A DNA stretch of 46,421 nucleotides, the filler included, from Jimgerdemannia flammicorona (Eukaryota), in NCBI GenBank assembly GCA_003990765.1. It is 2 parts of 2 records of this genome, joined end to end, with 100 filler letters (N's around TTAATTAATTAA, not from the genome) between each part and the next. Parts side by side here need not be neighbours in the genome. Positions count along the whole stretch, not along the records: positions 23,262 to 46,421 come from RBNJ01001145.1; 1 more part is not named here. One strand, 5' to 3'. How positions within the stretch are numbered: the first letter of the stretch is position 1; every line of letters starts with the position of its first letter. The position numbers were made by a program, and so were the translations under genes. This document shows, in pieces, positions 46,364 through 46,421 of the stretch. Below the pieces are notes generated by a model. That model saw only the letters and a list, made by a program, of their open reading frames with translations. It ran no database searches and had not been told where the DNA came from.

Positions 46364-46421
46364 ATATAAAGAGAAAATATCTTAAGATAGTAATAAAATT
46401 ATCAAAATTACTACTATTAAG

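Overview
This is eukaryotic, probably fungal, repeat-derived DNA made almost entirely of nested, mutationally decayed transposons. I can support no intact host gene. CpG is almost absent and C>T/G>A transitions dominate. From left to right: (1) a minus-strand fragment of a Ty3/Gypsy family A element, interrupted by two ~6.5-7 kb hAT DNA transposons and a hAT MITE; (2) two divergently oriented L1/Tx1-like LINEs and a 100-nt assembly gap; (3) the end of a young, CpG-rich LTR; (4) an old Gypsy element C (gag-dUTPase, minus strand); (5) a full-length Gypsy A element (25780-46363, 1.5-kb LTRs, PR-dUTPase-RT-RH-IN) that contains a full-length LINE and a complete chromovirus (Gypsy B: gag-dUTPase-PR-RT-RH-IN-chromodomain). 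The main finding is that both hAT copies carry, convergent to their intron-rich transposase, a second spliced gene. Its reconstructed product has the HxD...GG...H layout of a TET/JBP-like 2OG-Fe(II) dioxygenase, and a formerly CpG-rich repeat array separates the two genes. This is a candidate transposon-borne anti-methylation (anti-silencing) system. Also notable are a decayed ~260-codon ORF lying wholly inside the Gypsy A LTR and three retroelement dUTPases in two different polyprotein positions. All protein assignments come from manual translation and motif recognition, not from database searches.
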